Below, in pieces: positions 48,989-62,215 of a stretch of DNA of 64,000 bases; position 1 is the first letter of the stretch, and the number at the start of each line of letters is the position of its first letter. The notes under the pieces are model-generated. The model was not told where the DNA came from. It made no database searches and was given only the letters and a program-made list of their open reading frames with translations. The position numbers and the translations under genes are program-made. The DNA is taken from the NCBI GenBank assembly GCA_009103225.1, contig RHPI01002888.1, forward strand, positions 1-64,000, written 5' to 3'. Source of the DNA: Chlorokybus atmophyticus. Its lineage: Eukaryota; Plantae; Mesostigma and Chlorokybus algae.

Positions 48989-51784
48989 TTATGAAGACTG
49001 CCTTGTTTGCCGCGCCGCTTCAGCTGCAGCCTTCTCCGCCTCAATACCCGCAACAATACCATCAACCTGCAGATGTGAGACATGCACATGAGACCTGAAC
49101 CTTGAGTTAACACATCCGTAACATTTCACCCAAACCGAAACAACAACATGGCACCAATGCACTCACCTGTTCGTCACTGAGGATGGTGAGTTGGGAATCC
49201 TTGCGCATGATGGCCACCTCAATGTTCTTGCCTCCTGGCTCAACCACCTCAAGAAGCGCGCGAACCGCCAACTTTATTGTTGCATCGCCTGATAACAAAA
49301 CAAGAAAACGTTCACGTGACAATAACAGGCACCATTTTCGTGAATGCTCACCCACTCAAACTTTGCTTACAAACGTTGCAAATGAAGCGCATGCACATGC
49401 AGACGACTATCATGAGCCGGTCAGCCAGTACAGAGCGTTGTGTGCATGCATGTCAGCATGCACATGTGAGCATGCACACATGCCCATGCCCATGCGCATA
49501 AATGTGCAGATGCAGTCCAATCAACAACAGTGCAGCAGCACCTATGAGTTGCTTCAGATGCAGGACTGATAGGTATCAACCCATTTAGGTATGGTAAAAT
49601 GCAAGCCAGTAACAATTACACAATGGCAATCACCTGACGTTTCCTGATAATGCTTTTCAAGGAACTCCCGCACAGATTTGCTGTTGCGGCCCGTTGCATT
49701 GGCTTTCCAGGCGGAGTAAGTGCCCGAAGGGTCTGTCTGGAACAGTGCTGGCTCGTGCGTGAACGGATCGAACCCAATTATCAGACAGGAGATGCCGAAG
49801 GGGCGCACGCCACCGGACTGCGTGTATTTTTGCTGCACTCCCGCTATGTACCTGTAACGCAAGTATACATTAGCACGCGCGCCCACACATCAACGCTCCC
49901 ACGTGCACACACCAATGCAGCCCAGGCCCCGAAGCTGGGACAGATAGCATGATACAAGAGGGTTATAAGCAGCCTTCAGTAATGTAGCATGAAGCAGACA
50001 TAAAGGTAACTGAATCCCTTGGTTGATTAAGCAACAAATCGCGACACAACATGCTGGGATACGATGTATGCATGTCTGCACGACTGATCCATGCTATACA
50101 GACGACCGTGGTATAACATTCACAGTACATGAGCAGAGTACCACAACGTGAACAAGCATCTGTCAAAAACTTGCACACTGCTTGCTAAACAGCATTCGTA
50201 TGCCAACAGTATGATCAAACGTCCCGTGCGTGCGTGTGTGCGTGCGTGCACACGCAAACACACAAAGTAGTCACGCAGCAGTCTTGCACGGCGCTCACCG
50301 CGTGATGTACTCAGGTGTGACGGGGTCCTCGAGAGTAAGGCGGTAACTTTGGCACTCCATGCGCGCACGGTTCACCAGCACGCGCGCATCCGCCGTCAGC
50401 CCCGCAAATGCCAGACAGATGTGCTCGTCCAGCTTATGAATCTTCCGCACCGTCCGTGCATCCTGTGACACATATGTACATGGGCACACACACGCGCATA
50501 CATGTTATGAGCGAGCAGTGTAGCCTCTGGGTTGACTGAACGATGATTGAGTTGACACAAGTGGTTGTATAGTAAATGATCCAGTAAATGATCCAGTGAA
50601 CTGATGTCACCCATGTCCAGTCCAGTCCAGTCCAGTCCAGTAAATGACTGACTGACTGACATGGGTGAAATCAGTTCAGTGAGTCAGCGACACGGTGAAC
50701 AACAAGAGCATGGATAAACAAACACATTACCAGTGACGATTGAGTCTTTACGGTTACATGATTGGATCAAACCCTTGACCGACAGCAGGAGTAAGCAAGT
50801 CATGTGGGTGGGCTGGTTGGTTGCATGGAGTTCTGCATGCATGACTGGACATCTCACTGAGCTAAATAAACAAAGCAATCACTGCATAAAATGAGCAGCT
50901 GGATGATTGGGTGAGTCAAAACAACTCAACAAAGCCGATGGCTGTGACCAAAGCCATCATTCCAAGATACAAATTTGACTGCCACACTACAACATGAAGC
51001 AGTTCAAACCTGCAGCTTGGCAGCGGCAATCTTCTCAACAGCCAATACTAGGATGTCTGTGCCACGTACACCGACAGCAGCCGCCCCGCGCCGCACTGCC
51101 TCTAGAGCATATTCTACCTGTCAGCAGAGACCACACTTCATGCGATGAAGCAGTTGTGTGAAGGGAGGAACTGCACAGGTATGCTACTGTCTCCATGGCA
51201 ATTGCGCTTGCATGCAACAGTTGGGTTTCAGCAAAGATTGCAAGTGTCCAAAAACTGCAAACCAGCAACACAAGTGTTGTCGTAAGCATGCATGCTGCTT
51301 GGACTAGTCGAGCACATAAACAGCTGCTAACTGGTTGACGTGGCAACAGAAATGTTGTGTTGGAGTAACAATACCATCACAATTCGGTGCTGCGAAGCAA
51401 CTGACATCGAACAGCCAGCTGTTGCAAACATGACTAATTTCTGATGGCATGATACCAAAATCGCAATCGACACACAAAACAATATACCCCCAAGCTGCAC
51501 ACCAACACAGCTTGATACCCTAACCCTTAAACAGACGTCAAGCACTGCGATAGTGCTTGCTGCTGACTGCTACCTGCAAAACTTGCTTAACATTTCTAAA
51601 GCTGCTCTGACGAGCATGCAACCAAGCCGCATACTGCAACCTGCTAACCATTAGGCATTTTACATGCACATAAGCACAGGACCACCTTTACACACAAGCA
51701 AAACACAAATACAAAGTCTCTGTGAACCTGGAACAAGTGCCCGTCAGGCGAGAAGACAGTGATGGCGCGGTCGTAGCGAGCCAT
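48989..51784 (-). CDS. PAD1: 20S proteasome subunit alpha type-7 (6 exons)
   Basis: [19 protein letters not shown]|[11 protein letters not shown]...; [17 protein letters not shown]; [13 protein letters not shown]; [29 protein letters not shown]. Confidence 0.96.
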
Positions 51785-53342
51785 GCCAGCTGTCTGGGGG
51801 CAGGACCAGAGAAGCGCAAGCAACTACGTCTCCAATACGCAAAAGCTTACACGAACCTCGTCAACACCACCGCCACCTCCGTCGCCGCCCGCAACCTGAA
51901 CGTAAGCCTGCAGTTGGGTCACTGTTCAAGTCCTTACGCCAGCCCCAACTTTCCCACCCAAACCCGTACCTGGTGCTTGCAACCCAATCACGCCTCGGGA
52001 GTGATTCAGGAACGATTGATGTTATGTGAATCTTTTGTTTCTTTTCTCAATGAGCTCCCAATCTTTTACATTTCTCACCATCGCCAACACCTTCAGGAAT
52101 TAAATCAACCAACTTGTAATGTAAGACGACTCTTCCTATTCTTACATTATAGATGATGTTTTATCATTTACATCGACGATCGTTAATAATAATAACATCA
52201 AGGTATGTTAGTTCGATCTTGTGGTGAAATAGTTCAAGCACGTTGATTGGTTACATAGGCATAACTGAGAGACTGACTGAAACTAGGCAGTAGCTACTGC
52301 GCATGCAATGCAAGCAGTGTGAAAGAGTAGTGCGCTGTGGTAGGGTTGGCAAGTCAGCGGTAGGCAAGTGCAGTAGCAAGCAAGAGAAATACAATAGTTG
52401 CTGAGCCCTTCAGCAGCTTGGCAACGGTGCAAGGAAGCAGCAACAGCAAGGCGCCTTACCTGCACAAAACGCCATAGTGAGACAGATGCCTACATATCAA
52501 CATTACACCACGTTGACTTGCTGGTGCATTGTAAATGCAATCAGAAACTACAGATCTATAATTACTTCATATCAAAAGTATGCTCTTATATTGTGCTACA
52601 TTTGATAATTTCATGGTTTTTAGCAAGTGTTGCCAATTCATTTCGAACAACAACGTGGTGTATATGTAAAAACCAACATGTGGCATCCCACGCGTCATAG
52701 AATGATGTAACTTCTGTATTTAAATATACACGTCATTGCCGCAATATGAATTGAACTTGGTTACTTGCGAAAAAAGGTGGGAGTGCTAAGTACATGCATA
52801 ATCCTTCACATCACATTTGGCATTGCTTAGCCAGGCGGGAACTTAAGCGTGGTGTATAACGTATGCAATGCAAAACTTGGGGCATGCCGTTTCACGTGCA
52901 GATGGTGCTTTATGTGTGGTGAGTGTGCTGCAACCAAACTCTCTTGCCTATGGTGATAGTGTCGCATTCGCTTTGCTAAAGGCCTAGGCCAGCCCATTTG
53001 CTTGAGACATCTGAGTACGCCTACCACACAGCTACTTTGCTTCGAGCCGTGAAGTTATACATAATGGCTTGGAAAATGTATACACATGCATGTTGCATCA
53101 TTTACAAGGTAAATACATACATAGTCTACCAGGTAAGTTAAACAAGCTTGATTGTGGTGCAAATGTGGAAAAATTGTTGTGTTACATACATTTCCTTGAT
53201 CTTTACCTACGTATATAAGACTTGAAGGAAAAGAAGTAGAAACGTTTGCTACCTAGTGGTTAAGCCGCCATGTTGTAGGAAGCGATTAACAATTGCATGC
53301 ACATACACCATACACCACCGCCGGGTTCCCGCGCACCATATA

Positions 53343-53599
53343 CAGTCCGCCCTCGATCTAAGCAAATCGTTGATTACCGGCCATTTTGTGCTTACAGCGA
53401 GGTGTGACACCTGCGCACCAAGCATATTGTGACTACTGCAAGATTATCTCGTTTTAAGCACATCTTGTGCTTCGATCGAGGGAATCCGCTACATGACTAT
53501 ACGCATACCGGTATTTGTAGAAATGTGTACAGATATATGCAGACACGTACATATACATTTAGATACACACATATGTGTATATGTGTTCACCACATTGAA

Positions 53600-53665
<66 letters not shown>

Positions 53666-53738
53666 GTATGTATGTATATATACATACATACATACATATA
53701 TATATATATATGTATATATGTATATATATGTATGTATG

Positions 53739-53769
<31 letters not shown>

Positions 53770-54318
53770 GTATGTATGTATATATATATACATACATACA
53801 TGTATATATATACATATATATATATATACAAACATGCATATATATGCGGATATATGCAGATATATATGTATATATATATATGTGTATATATATCTGTACA
53901 TCTATATATCTATATAAATATGTTTATACATATATATACTTTTAAGAGTATAATTATATAATCGGTGTTATGTTATATAATGGTAATATATATGGAGTGG
54001 CTTTATTTGTTGCTACATTCATAGCCTACATACACATTTACTATATATATATAAATATATATGAGTATAAAGATGCGTATATGTACATGTGTATGTGTAC
54101 ATAGGTATGTGTTTGCACATTGATGTCCAAGCACATATTCCACCTGTCGTACTGATGTGTATATACCAATGTACATACAATGCGAACCGGCAATGCGTGT
54201 GTATATACCAATCATTGATACACGTATGAACAACGCACAATAATTATACCCTCTTTGAAATTACAAAAGGCAGTTATCGAGGGTGCTTACATCGAGTGTG
54301 ATAGTGCTTAGATAGGGG
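53343..54318. mobile_element. Degenerate pogo/Tigger-like non-autonomous element
   Basis: Left end TA|CAGTCCGCCCTCGATCTAAGCA. Inverted copies of the CCTCGAT.TAAGCA motif at ~53468-53482 and ~54265-54318. The right terminus is eroded. Confidence 0.45.
53600..53940. repeat. Compound (CA)n/(TA)n/TATG microsatellite
   Basis: Direct reading of the sequence; source of the YI/YT-repeat ORFs. Confidence 0.95.
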
Positions 54319-54887
54319 AGTAAAATTCCTAGTGCACGTTGGTACCTCAGCAAAAATGTGCTTGAATCGAGGTTGTGCTTAGAACGTGTGTGATTACAAG
54401 TGTACAAGTGACTACAGGGTTGGATTGTACAAGGATAAGCGCAAGAGCAAGTGCGGGCCTTGACAGAATTGCAACTACTCGGGATGAGACATCACAGCAA
54501 GATGCTAGGGCGCAATGATAAACATTTCTAGGCAACAACCAGGTAGATTATGGTAGGTGGTTGCCGACAACGTGCACAGGGCAACAACAAGAAGCGTAGG
54601 AGGTAAGCTTGCAAATTATGCCCGATTTCAACAGAACCATGCATAATGATGACAACATCTATAACAACGACACTTGCCGAACTTGTGCTTTTGGAAGCTA
54701 CCCCTAATCAAGACAAATTGTGACCCACGTGCCTTTGCTAGCACATTCGCGTGCCAACCTGTACATAGAATGCGCATATAACCCGTTGAAATTGCAGGGA
54801 TATGCTACATCGCTTCAGTATGTAGTAGTATGGCTACTCCAGGCAAAACAAAATTTCCTACACAGATATACATGCTCAACTTACTGA

Positions 54888-56304
54888 CTACTTGCCCTTG
54901 CTGCGCAGAGCCTGCCTTGTCTTCAAGTCTTGGGCAGAAAGCGCCTTCAAGAGCTGCTCAAACTCGGATCGCTCAATGGTCTTGTTGCCATCGCCATCAG
55001 CCTCTGCACCACAAACGTACACATAGCACCAATATTATTAACAACCGTGTATGTAAAAACACCAGACAATGGTAATGAAGACTTTGTTGATTGCCTTGCA
55101 TGCAGCCTTTTTAGCATCTACTTACTGGTGATGAACTTGGTTGCCTGTGCTTCTGTGATCTTCACACCCTGATTCTGCAGTGCCGTTGTCAACTCCTTGG
55201 CAGAGATTGAGCCATCACCTACTTACAGTGCAAGGAGGGCAGCCAGTCAATATACCAAAGTCATAACCTGCTTCAAGACATGCGCAAAGCTTTACACAAG
55301 ACAGCTTGCTAGCGAAGTCATGCACAGCTTCATCTTCCTTTTCAAGAAATCATCTGGGCGAAATATTGACAAACAAACTGATTGCGTGCAAAAAAAATTG
55401 CGTACCGTTCTCATCAAACTCGTCAAAGAGCGACTGCAGAGGATCCTTCTTTGTGGGCACTGGTGGGATTTTCCGGCGACGCTCCCACACTGTTGACATG
55501 TACTCCTGGCATGCAAAGGAGCAGGATGACAAGGTTGCCAAATAGTGCACTCGGAAACTAATCAGCAACCGACCACATGTCACCAATGAGGGGCCGGGTA
55601 CCTGAAGGCCATCAATCAGGTCGCCTTCAGCATCGTTTGCCGACGCCACAGCCCCAACAAACTTGACTGCAGAGAGCCTCTCTGCTTTCGCTGGCCTCAA
55701 GCCTGCAGCATTTAACGAAGCTTGAGAAGACAGCATTGCAACTGTGAATGTAGCAAGCGGCTTATTATGTCATCACAGAATGCCAATGCCATGCCCGCCA
55801 GCTCACGGGCGGGCATAGCAATGGCAACTGACTGGTTGACTGCCGCATGTCGTGCAGAAGCGGCAACCACTTAAGGCATATGACAGGACGATCCTGTGCA
55901 GGTTTGAGGACAACACATGCCGAGGCAATAGGGAGCCGAAACAAGCCCTGATTTTAGCATGCGGCTTTCGCAGCACGACGACCAGCACATGCATGGTCGT
56001 CGTGGAAAACAACACCAGCGCACACGAACATGCTTCACCTTACAATGCCTCCGACAAGCAATGACTCGCGCTCAAGCTTGAGCTGATACTCAAGTTGAAA
56101 CGCATGCACACGCTCAAGCGCAAGGTGCATGCATATGTCTCGCGCATTGCATTCAACAGTACCTGCCGGGAAGCAGCTGCTACGCAGGGGGGCGAGCTGC
56201 GCCGGGCGCGAGGCAGGACGGGCAGACAAAGAAAAAGGAGCAGGGGAGAACGCTGATGAGGGCACTGACGCCACCGCCGCCGCTGTCGCCATGGTGGCCG
56301 CCAT
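54888..56304 (-). CDS. Plastid-targeted protein with two EF-hands
   Basis: Ala/Ser-rich transit peptide (MAATMATAAAVASVPSSAF...). Spliced EF loops DENGDGSISAKE and DGDGNKTIERSE. Stop at 54888. Confidence 0.8.
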
Positions 56305-57604
56305 GATACTCACGACACTGCTGAGGCCACGTAACTTTGAGCTACGTTAACGCTCAGCAAAGCGGTAGTTGCCTCCGTTACCCCGATCGGTTCGGGACTT
56401 TCAATGATCCGGACTGAAGGATTCTGGATCGGTCAGCCCCGCTCACATACCGGGCACGATATGGGAAGATCCGGCGCCGATATAAGTAATCCGATATATA
56501 ACTTACTTGCAGTCTATCTATCTGGAAATCCCACCTGTTGTTGACAAACAGGTGGGTTGGTGTAAGCGTTTGGTATTACTTATATCTAGACTTCATCTGT
56601 CTTCGATATCTAGGGTAAGTGTACCTAACTTCGGTTATTTCGTAATTTCGGACGATGCTGCCCGACCGGGCTCGGCCATGCCCGTTAGCAGTGCGCGACG
56701 TTGTTGTTGTGACCTGCCGCCGTACCTAACTTGATGGGAAGAGCACTTTTCGGTATTGCGCATTGCAACCGGCGGCTATTCTTGCATATGGGCATCCATC
56801 GTCCGAAGTTGAGAAACAGTAGGGGCTGATGCCCGGCTGTGCTGCCGCCGTTTTGTGCCAGGCCATAGCCGGCGCTATACTGCTCCAAATGAACCACAGA
56901 TTGGACAGAAAATTGCGCCGTTTCATGTAGATGATTGTCCGATATGACGGCACCCTAAATGGTGGCGTATACCGTTCAGTCGAAGCTTATCGGCAAAAAG
57001 TGTCCGAAGAATGGTACACTTACCCTATCTAGACTTGCAACCAACGCATGGCTTTGTGCACAGTCGAAACAGGGCTCATGTTCGCACAAGCAGCACCACA
57101 ACGCTTTGCTGCTCGTCTACTTTTTAACTTATGTTTGTGGCACTTTCATTGGTTTGCTAGGTGATGCGAAGCTGTTGGTTTGCTGGTCTGCACTTGTGTC
57201 AACGCCACCACATTTCGCTACCTATGGCAATCGCCCCCGGGCAAAACGGCCCGACATAATGGTAGTTAATGAGTCATAAGCCATGTTGGCCTTATAACTC
57301 ATATTTGGCAATATCTTTTAAGTGGCCACGAATTTTGGGCAAAGTTTTAGATCTCAAGCTCTCCAACTTTGCTTTTGAAGCACAAGATTTCTAGCGGCTA
57401 AACAAAAGATATCTTGAAAAGACGATAACACCATATTCTGACTCTCATGAAAGCCACACGATCTATACTAACCTCCTCGATCCCTTGGTACCGCGGGCAG
57501 CCACGACAGCGCGGGTCGCCGATGGACGCGGGCCATGTCAATAAAGGGCGATGGTCCTTTTAGTAAGCCCTAATCGCCACAGGCAGAGAAATGTAATCTT
57601 GGTC

Positions 57605-58540
57605 TGTGATGTAGGCCTATTGCTTCTATGGTTTTGTGGGTCTAGACTACTGGTTTGCTGCTTGTAACGAAACCACTCACTTACTGGCTGAGCGGCTTGG
57701 CAAACATATGCACAAGCACAAGGACTTACTACTCGAAGCCCTGTCAGCATCACTCGTGCAGCACCTTGCAGAGGAAGTCACAGCACCGCACCAAGGAAAG
57801 AGAGGATGAACACCAACTTCTCCACTCAGCTCTCACACTTTTACACACTCGAGCACACCTCACACACTATGCAAAGCTGCTACGGACATCACACCCCACA
57901 CAGGATGAGAGGGAGAGCCCCTTGTACAACTTGGGCTAAACTAGGCACCTCACACACAAGAGTTGAGTATGCACATGCTGAGCTGCCTCAACACTTGTTG
58001 AGGCCGTTTATATACCCTCTTTTTTATGCTCTCCGATTTAAAACATCCAAGTTAAAGGCTACTTGCCTTGTTATGGCTGCGTTGACCACCAATCATTTCC
58101 AAGGACTGCCACATCAGCCCTTGAACCTCTTGTTCAATGCCTGCGACGGATGACACATCAGCCTTGGACTTTGTGAACGTTCTTGGCTGATCACATTAGC
58201 CTTAGACATCACACACATCCAACCTAGGACGATGTGACCGTAGTGGCTAGTTACGTCAGCTCAGGACGTCATACTTATATGGATGCATATATATGCATCC
58301 ACTCGATGCATGATATGCATACATATGCGCTCATATTCACACATATGCATACATCTAGTACATACTTCATATGCACGCATATGCGTACATGTGCACACAA
58401 ATGTCCATGTACATCACATGATGTCTCATCGGTTATAACTAGCCCTGTGCTGGCCACTCATGCCTTGTGTAATTCATCATGCTCAAGGCCTTATAGGCTT
58501 GGGAGCTGACCGCATGAGCACACCCCACAAGCACTACACA
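57605..58540 (-). mobile_element. Probable solo LTR (~936 bp)
   Basis: TGT...ACA ends, near-matching 5-bp flanks TGGTC/TGATC, TATATAAA (minus strand) at 58014-58007 next to a 9-bp hairpin, and no internal coding region. Confidence 0.45.
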
Positions 58541-58934
58541 TGATCGTTTGAGCGGAATCCTCACTTGGTTCTTCTTTTAATATAAGTAAGGGACAGAGAA
58601 TGACTTTGACCAGCGTTATGGGCGTGACACTGCTGGTCTAAAGGTTGACTTTGGTATGTTAGTGCTGCATGTTCATCACACCAGTGCTGGCGCAGGAGCT
58701 GGCGCAAGCGCGTGAAACTGGAGGAGGAATGGAAGTAGCTGTAGCTATTGTTGAGTACATAAAGTTTTCGGCCCAACACAAGATGTCACATCGCGGTGCT
58801 ATAATATTGTGGTTTCCAATACGGTGTGTACGAATCACACTCCTTGCATGTTGCAAAGCATGCGTTATTGCACACCACATTATTTACAAAATGCTTTATA
58901 ATGTAAACACAATAATGTAACCATGATTCAATAG

Positions 58935-59250
58935 TGTTGCCAGTAACAGCACATAATAACAGCATTATAATGCCCGTGGTAGCAAGGGATCAATGTTCAT
59001 GTGCAAGTGCTGGCAAGCTTCCAACCTTGTTTTTTTCGGGTTTTTTAAGAGCACAAGTGCTCTCACCAGTTGGTTGTGCCAGCACTGGCTGCCAATCTTG
59101 TGCGCCAGTGCTGGCAGCCGATTATTTAAGCCAGCAAACAATTTATAACTTAACGGCCGGTGCTGGCACAAGCGGCTTTGTGCCAGTTTCAGATGCTTTC
59201 GGGTGTAGACCCGAAACGCCCGTGCCAGTACTGGCATGGACGGTTTGTGT
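58935..59250. repeat. Cluster of GTGCCAG/CTGGCAC motifs in both orientations (subterminal repeats of a DNA-transposon relic)
   Basis: Several dispersed TGCCAG/CTGGCA motifs, including palindromic arrangements such as GTGCCAGTACTGGCA(T). Confidence 0.4.
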
Positions 59251-62215
59251 TTATATTGGCACATGCTGCAAGGCGCATGTAATATATAGTAAAGGCCACA
59301 CAAGCTTGTGTTGCCTTTGCTATATACAATAGAGGCAACACAAATGACTATCTTTACTTTATACAAGACATGCTCATGCAAGATATGCGTTAGCATGCTC
59401 GTGCATGCTGACTTACCAAGACTAGTAGTCGGCAGCATGGAAATCAGTCGCACACCCAGATATACCTTAAAAATGCAGCAACACAACATTCAAATAGCTT
59501 ACAATCTATAATGCTACCATAAACGATGTTTACTAGGAGTAGTACTCTTTAAGTACTCATAATTGACAAATTACATGTGTTGAAACATTAACAATTCTAG
59601 CAACGTTCTCACCGTGCACAAAATGCTTGTGCAGGGTCGCATAAAAGTTCTCTCACACGTACGCTTATGCCTATAAACTATACAAGATACCTTGTGTGAT
59701 GTTTGCAAGGTGTTATGGTACGATGGTTGGCTCACGCCAATGCTACAATTTCATTAATCATACTGTATTATGTATGTGTCAATCGATGTGCACCTTGCTT
59801 TTACATGTAAATATGTATCTCACCTCAAGTTATACAAACGCATGCAACACGTCTTTGCTTGTCGGTATACATTGAACTAATGTATATGTGCTCTTAACAT
59901 TTTACTTTCATTCTTGATGGAATCATTCAGCCACGTCACCGCATTACAATCATTCAACAGCAATCAAAGGCCTTTGGGCCACGAGCACTTGAGTTGAGGG
60001 ACTTCACGATCGCCACATTTTGCATTAATAGGGCTCGTCACCAGTGCGGAGGACTGGTAGCCACGAGCTTCAGGTAAGCGTTTGGTAATAGTGTTTTCAA
60101 TATGTGTACACATACAAGTTTTTAAGGTCTGTAATAACGTCAATGACGTGCGTGATACATACGCACGACAAGCTACCTGTATTATGTTTTACTATTCATC
60201 TTAAAATTGAGGTCGTTACCACCGGAAGCATTGTACAAATTGTGATGTTTGCAACATACATATCAAAATCTAATTGTAACACAAAAAAATATACATCTTG
60301 TAGTTGAATATAGATTGATAATCGGAGTTGTTTGACTTGAAGCTTTGTAAACATTTAGCCAATGTCAATCAATTTAACTACACATGCTGTGTAGTATTCC
60401 TTTATGTTCGCGTCTTTTAAAGCAAAATACCCAACTTAAAAAGCAACATATGGAAATCAATGTTGAGCTTTATTGATTTATAGCGTAGTACCCCCACAAT
60501 GTTTGGGTCATACAAGATTGCAGCGAAATGAGCAATCACAAAATAACACATTTAATGTGAAGCATGTCTTGTATAAATGTATATCAGTATGTATCTTGGA
60601 TACCTGAACAGTGATATGTGTTTGATTCATTCCCACATGTCATATTTATTTGCGCACACTTTATTAACAATGTGAAGATGTTTAATTGATAACACCATAA
60701 CACAGCACAGCCGCAGGTTGCATGTATATGAGCACTTTACGTCATATACATACCCATCAGCTTAGCACATACTTTTTCCGAAATGCACACACCTCAAGCA
60801 TCCATGCCGTTTACATTTATTTATCGTAGCATGTTTCGATTGCAATGATGCATTTTGGGCAACATGCTAGTTGTCTGAAACAATTATAGCGTACCAAATA
60901 CAATTAAATTACTGGTAAGCCCGCTGTCAACAACGAATGCATTCAAACCATAAGAATTGCTATCGTGTTAAGATCAAATAGCTTTAACCATTGTTACATT
61001 ACACACTTCGCTATATTACTCCAACTTACAATAGAAGCGTGGTACAATGTACGCGTTTCAGCATAACATTGTTCATGATAATACATGCGTTGTGAACATG
61101 TTTGTAAATAAAACATTAAGCTTTAAATGAAATATTAAGCTTTATTTATTAAAAAAGATAGATCGGCAAAGCATTTTATCATTATGTTATTGGCAATTTA
61201 AATAAAGACCTTTTTTCACATATTAATATTCACGTATGTTCCGCTTTGGTAAGTTGTTATGAAACGACATTGTAGTCAGAGTAATTTTGTGAGTTATCAG
61301 GAGATTTTTTAGAGTTGGCTCAGCCAACTTGACTGTGGCGTAACTTACAACTTTACGTCTGATATGCTAACAACAAGCACTCATAGCACAAGATGACTGT
61401 TTCACTGACTGTTTGACTGAGTTGCGCTGCTGGTACGTACCGTACGCTGTCATCACACTTCTGCTGATGCACGTGATCGGTTATAATTACCTTTCCTTCC
61501 TCAATACAAACAACTGAACTGGGGCCAGGCAGAAGCTGCCGCAAAACCAATCCCAAATCAGGCACGGGCCTGCGCTTGGAAGGGAACTGATTGTCCCGGA
61601 CATTTCTGGCTTCACCCGTAGAGGCGGCGGCGGAGGAGGAGGACAAGGGCTCGGGGGAGGAGGGGGACGGAGAGGAGGAGGGGAAGTACGAGGGCGTGTG
61701 GACTATGTGGAGGGTGTGGAGGTTCAGGTTGGCCGAGGCGATGAGCACCGCCGCAAGGGTTTAGCTCTCACACGCAGGTGTGGCTAGGGCAGGGGCGGCG
61801 ATTAGGGTTGTTGGGGCGGAGGTGGCATTGGCATGACGTAGGAGTAGTAGAGTTGTATGTAGGTCATGTAGAGATTACCATCGTCTTCGTTTGTTGTGCG
61901 CAAGCGCCCTTCGCTGCACCCGGGAAGGCTGGATAGACGGTTATCCCTGTCACCTATCAGCCAGTAAGTACTGAGACGGCTTGATGCGATGGGACAGCTG
62001 CTTCAATTCAGTGCGCTATACATAGGGTTGACTTGACTGGGTCCAAGCTGCTAGTTTGTAAGCAATGTGCAAGAATACGTGGTTTTTTCCTAGGTCAAGT
62101 CAGTCTTGCCACTCCTGCGGGATACGAATGGTGCGGAGCGCTGGACCGATTGAGTGAGTCTTGCTGTTCTGACAGAGCAGAAAGACCCGACAGTTGCCTC
62201 CTGGCATGCGCAGCC

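Noticed and set aside
53429-54240. YI/YT-rich ORFs
   Set aside because: Translations of the TA microsatellite.
55258-55358. Alternative exon in the EF-hand gene (FLEKEDEAVHDF...)
   Set aside because: Phase-incompatible or contains a stop. The downstream acceptor at ~55224 completes the EF loop DENGDGSISAKE.
56685-57279. Short ORFs upstream of the EF-hand gene
   Set aside because: No motifs and no supported splice model.
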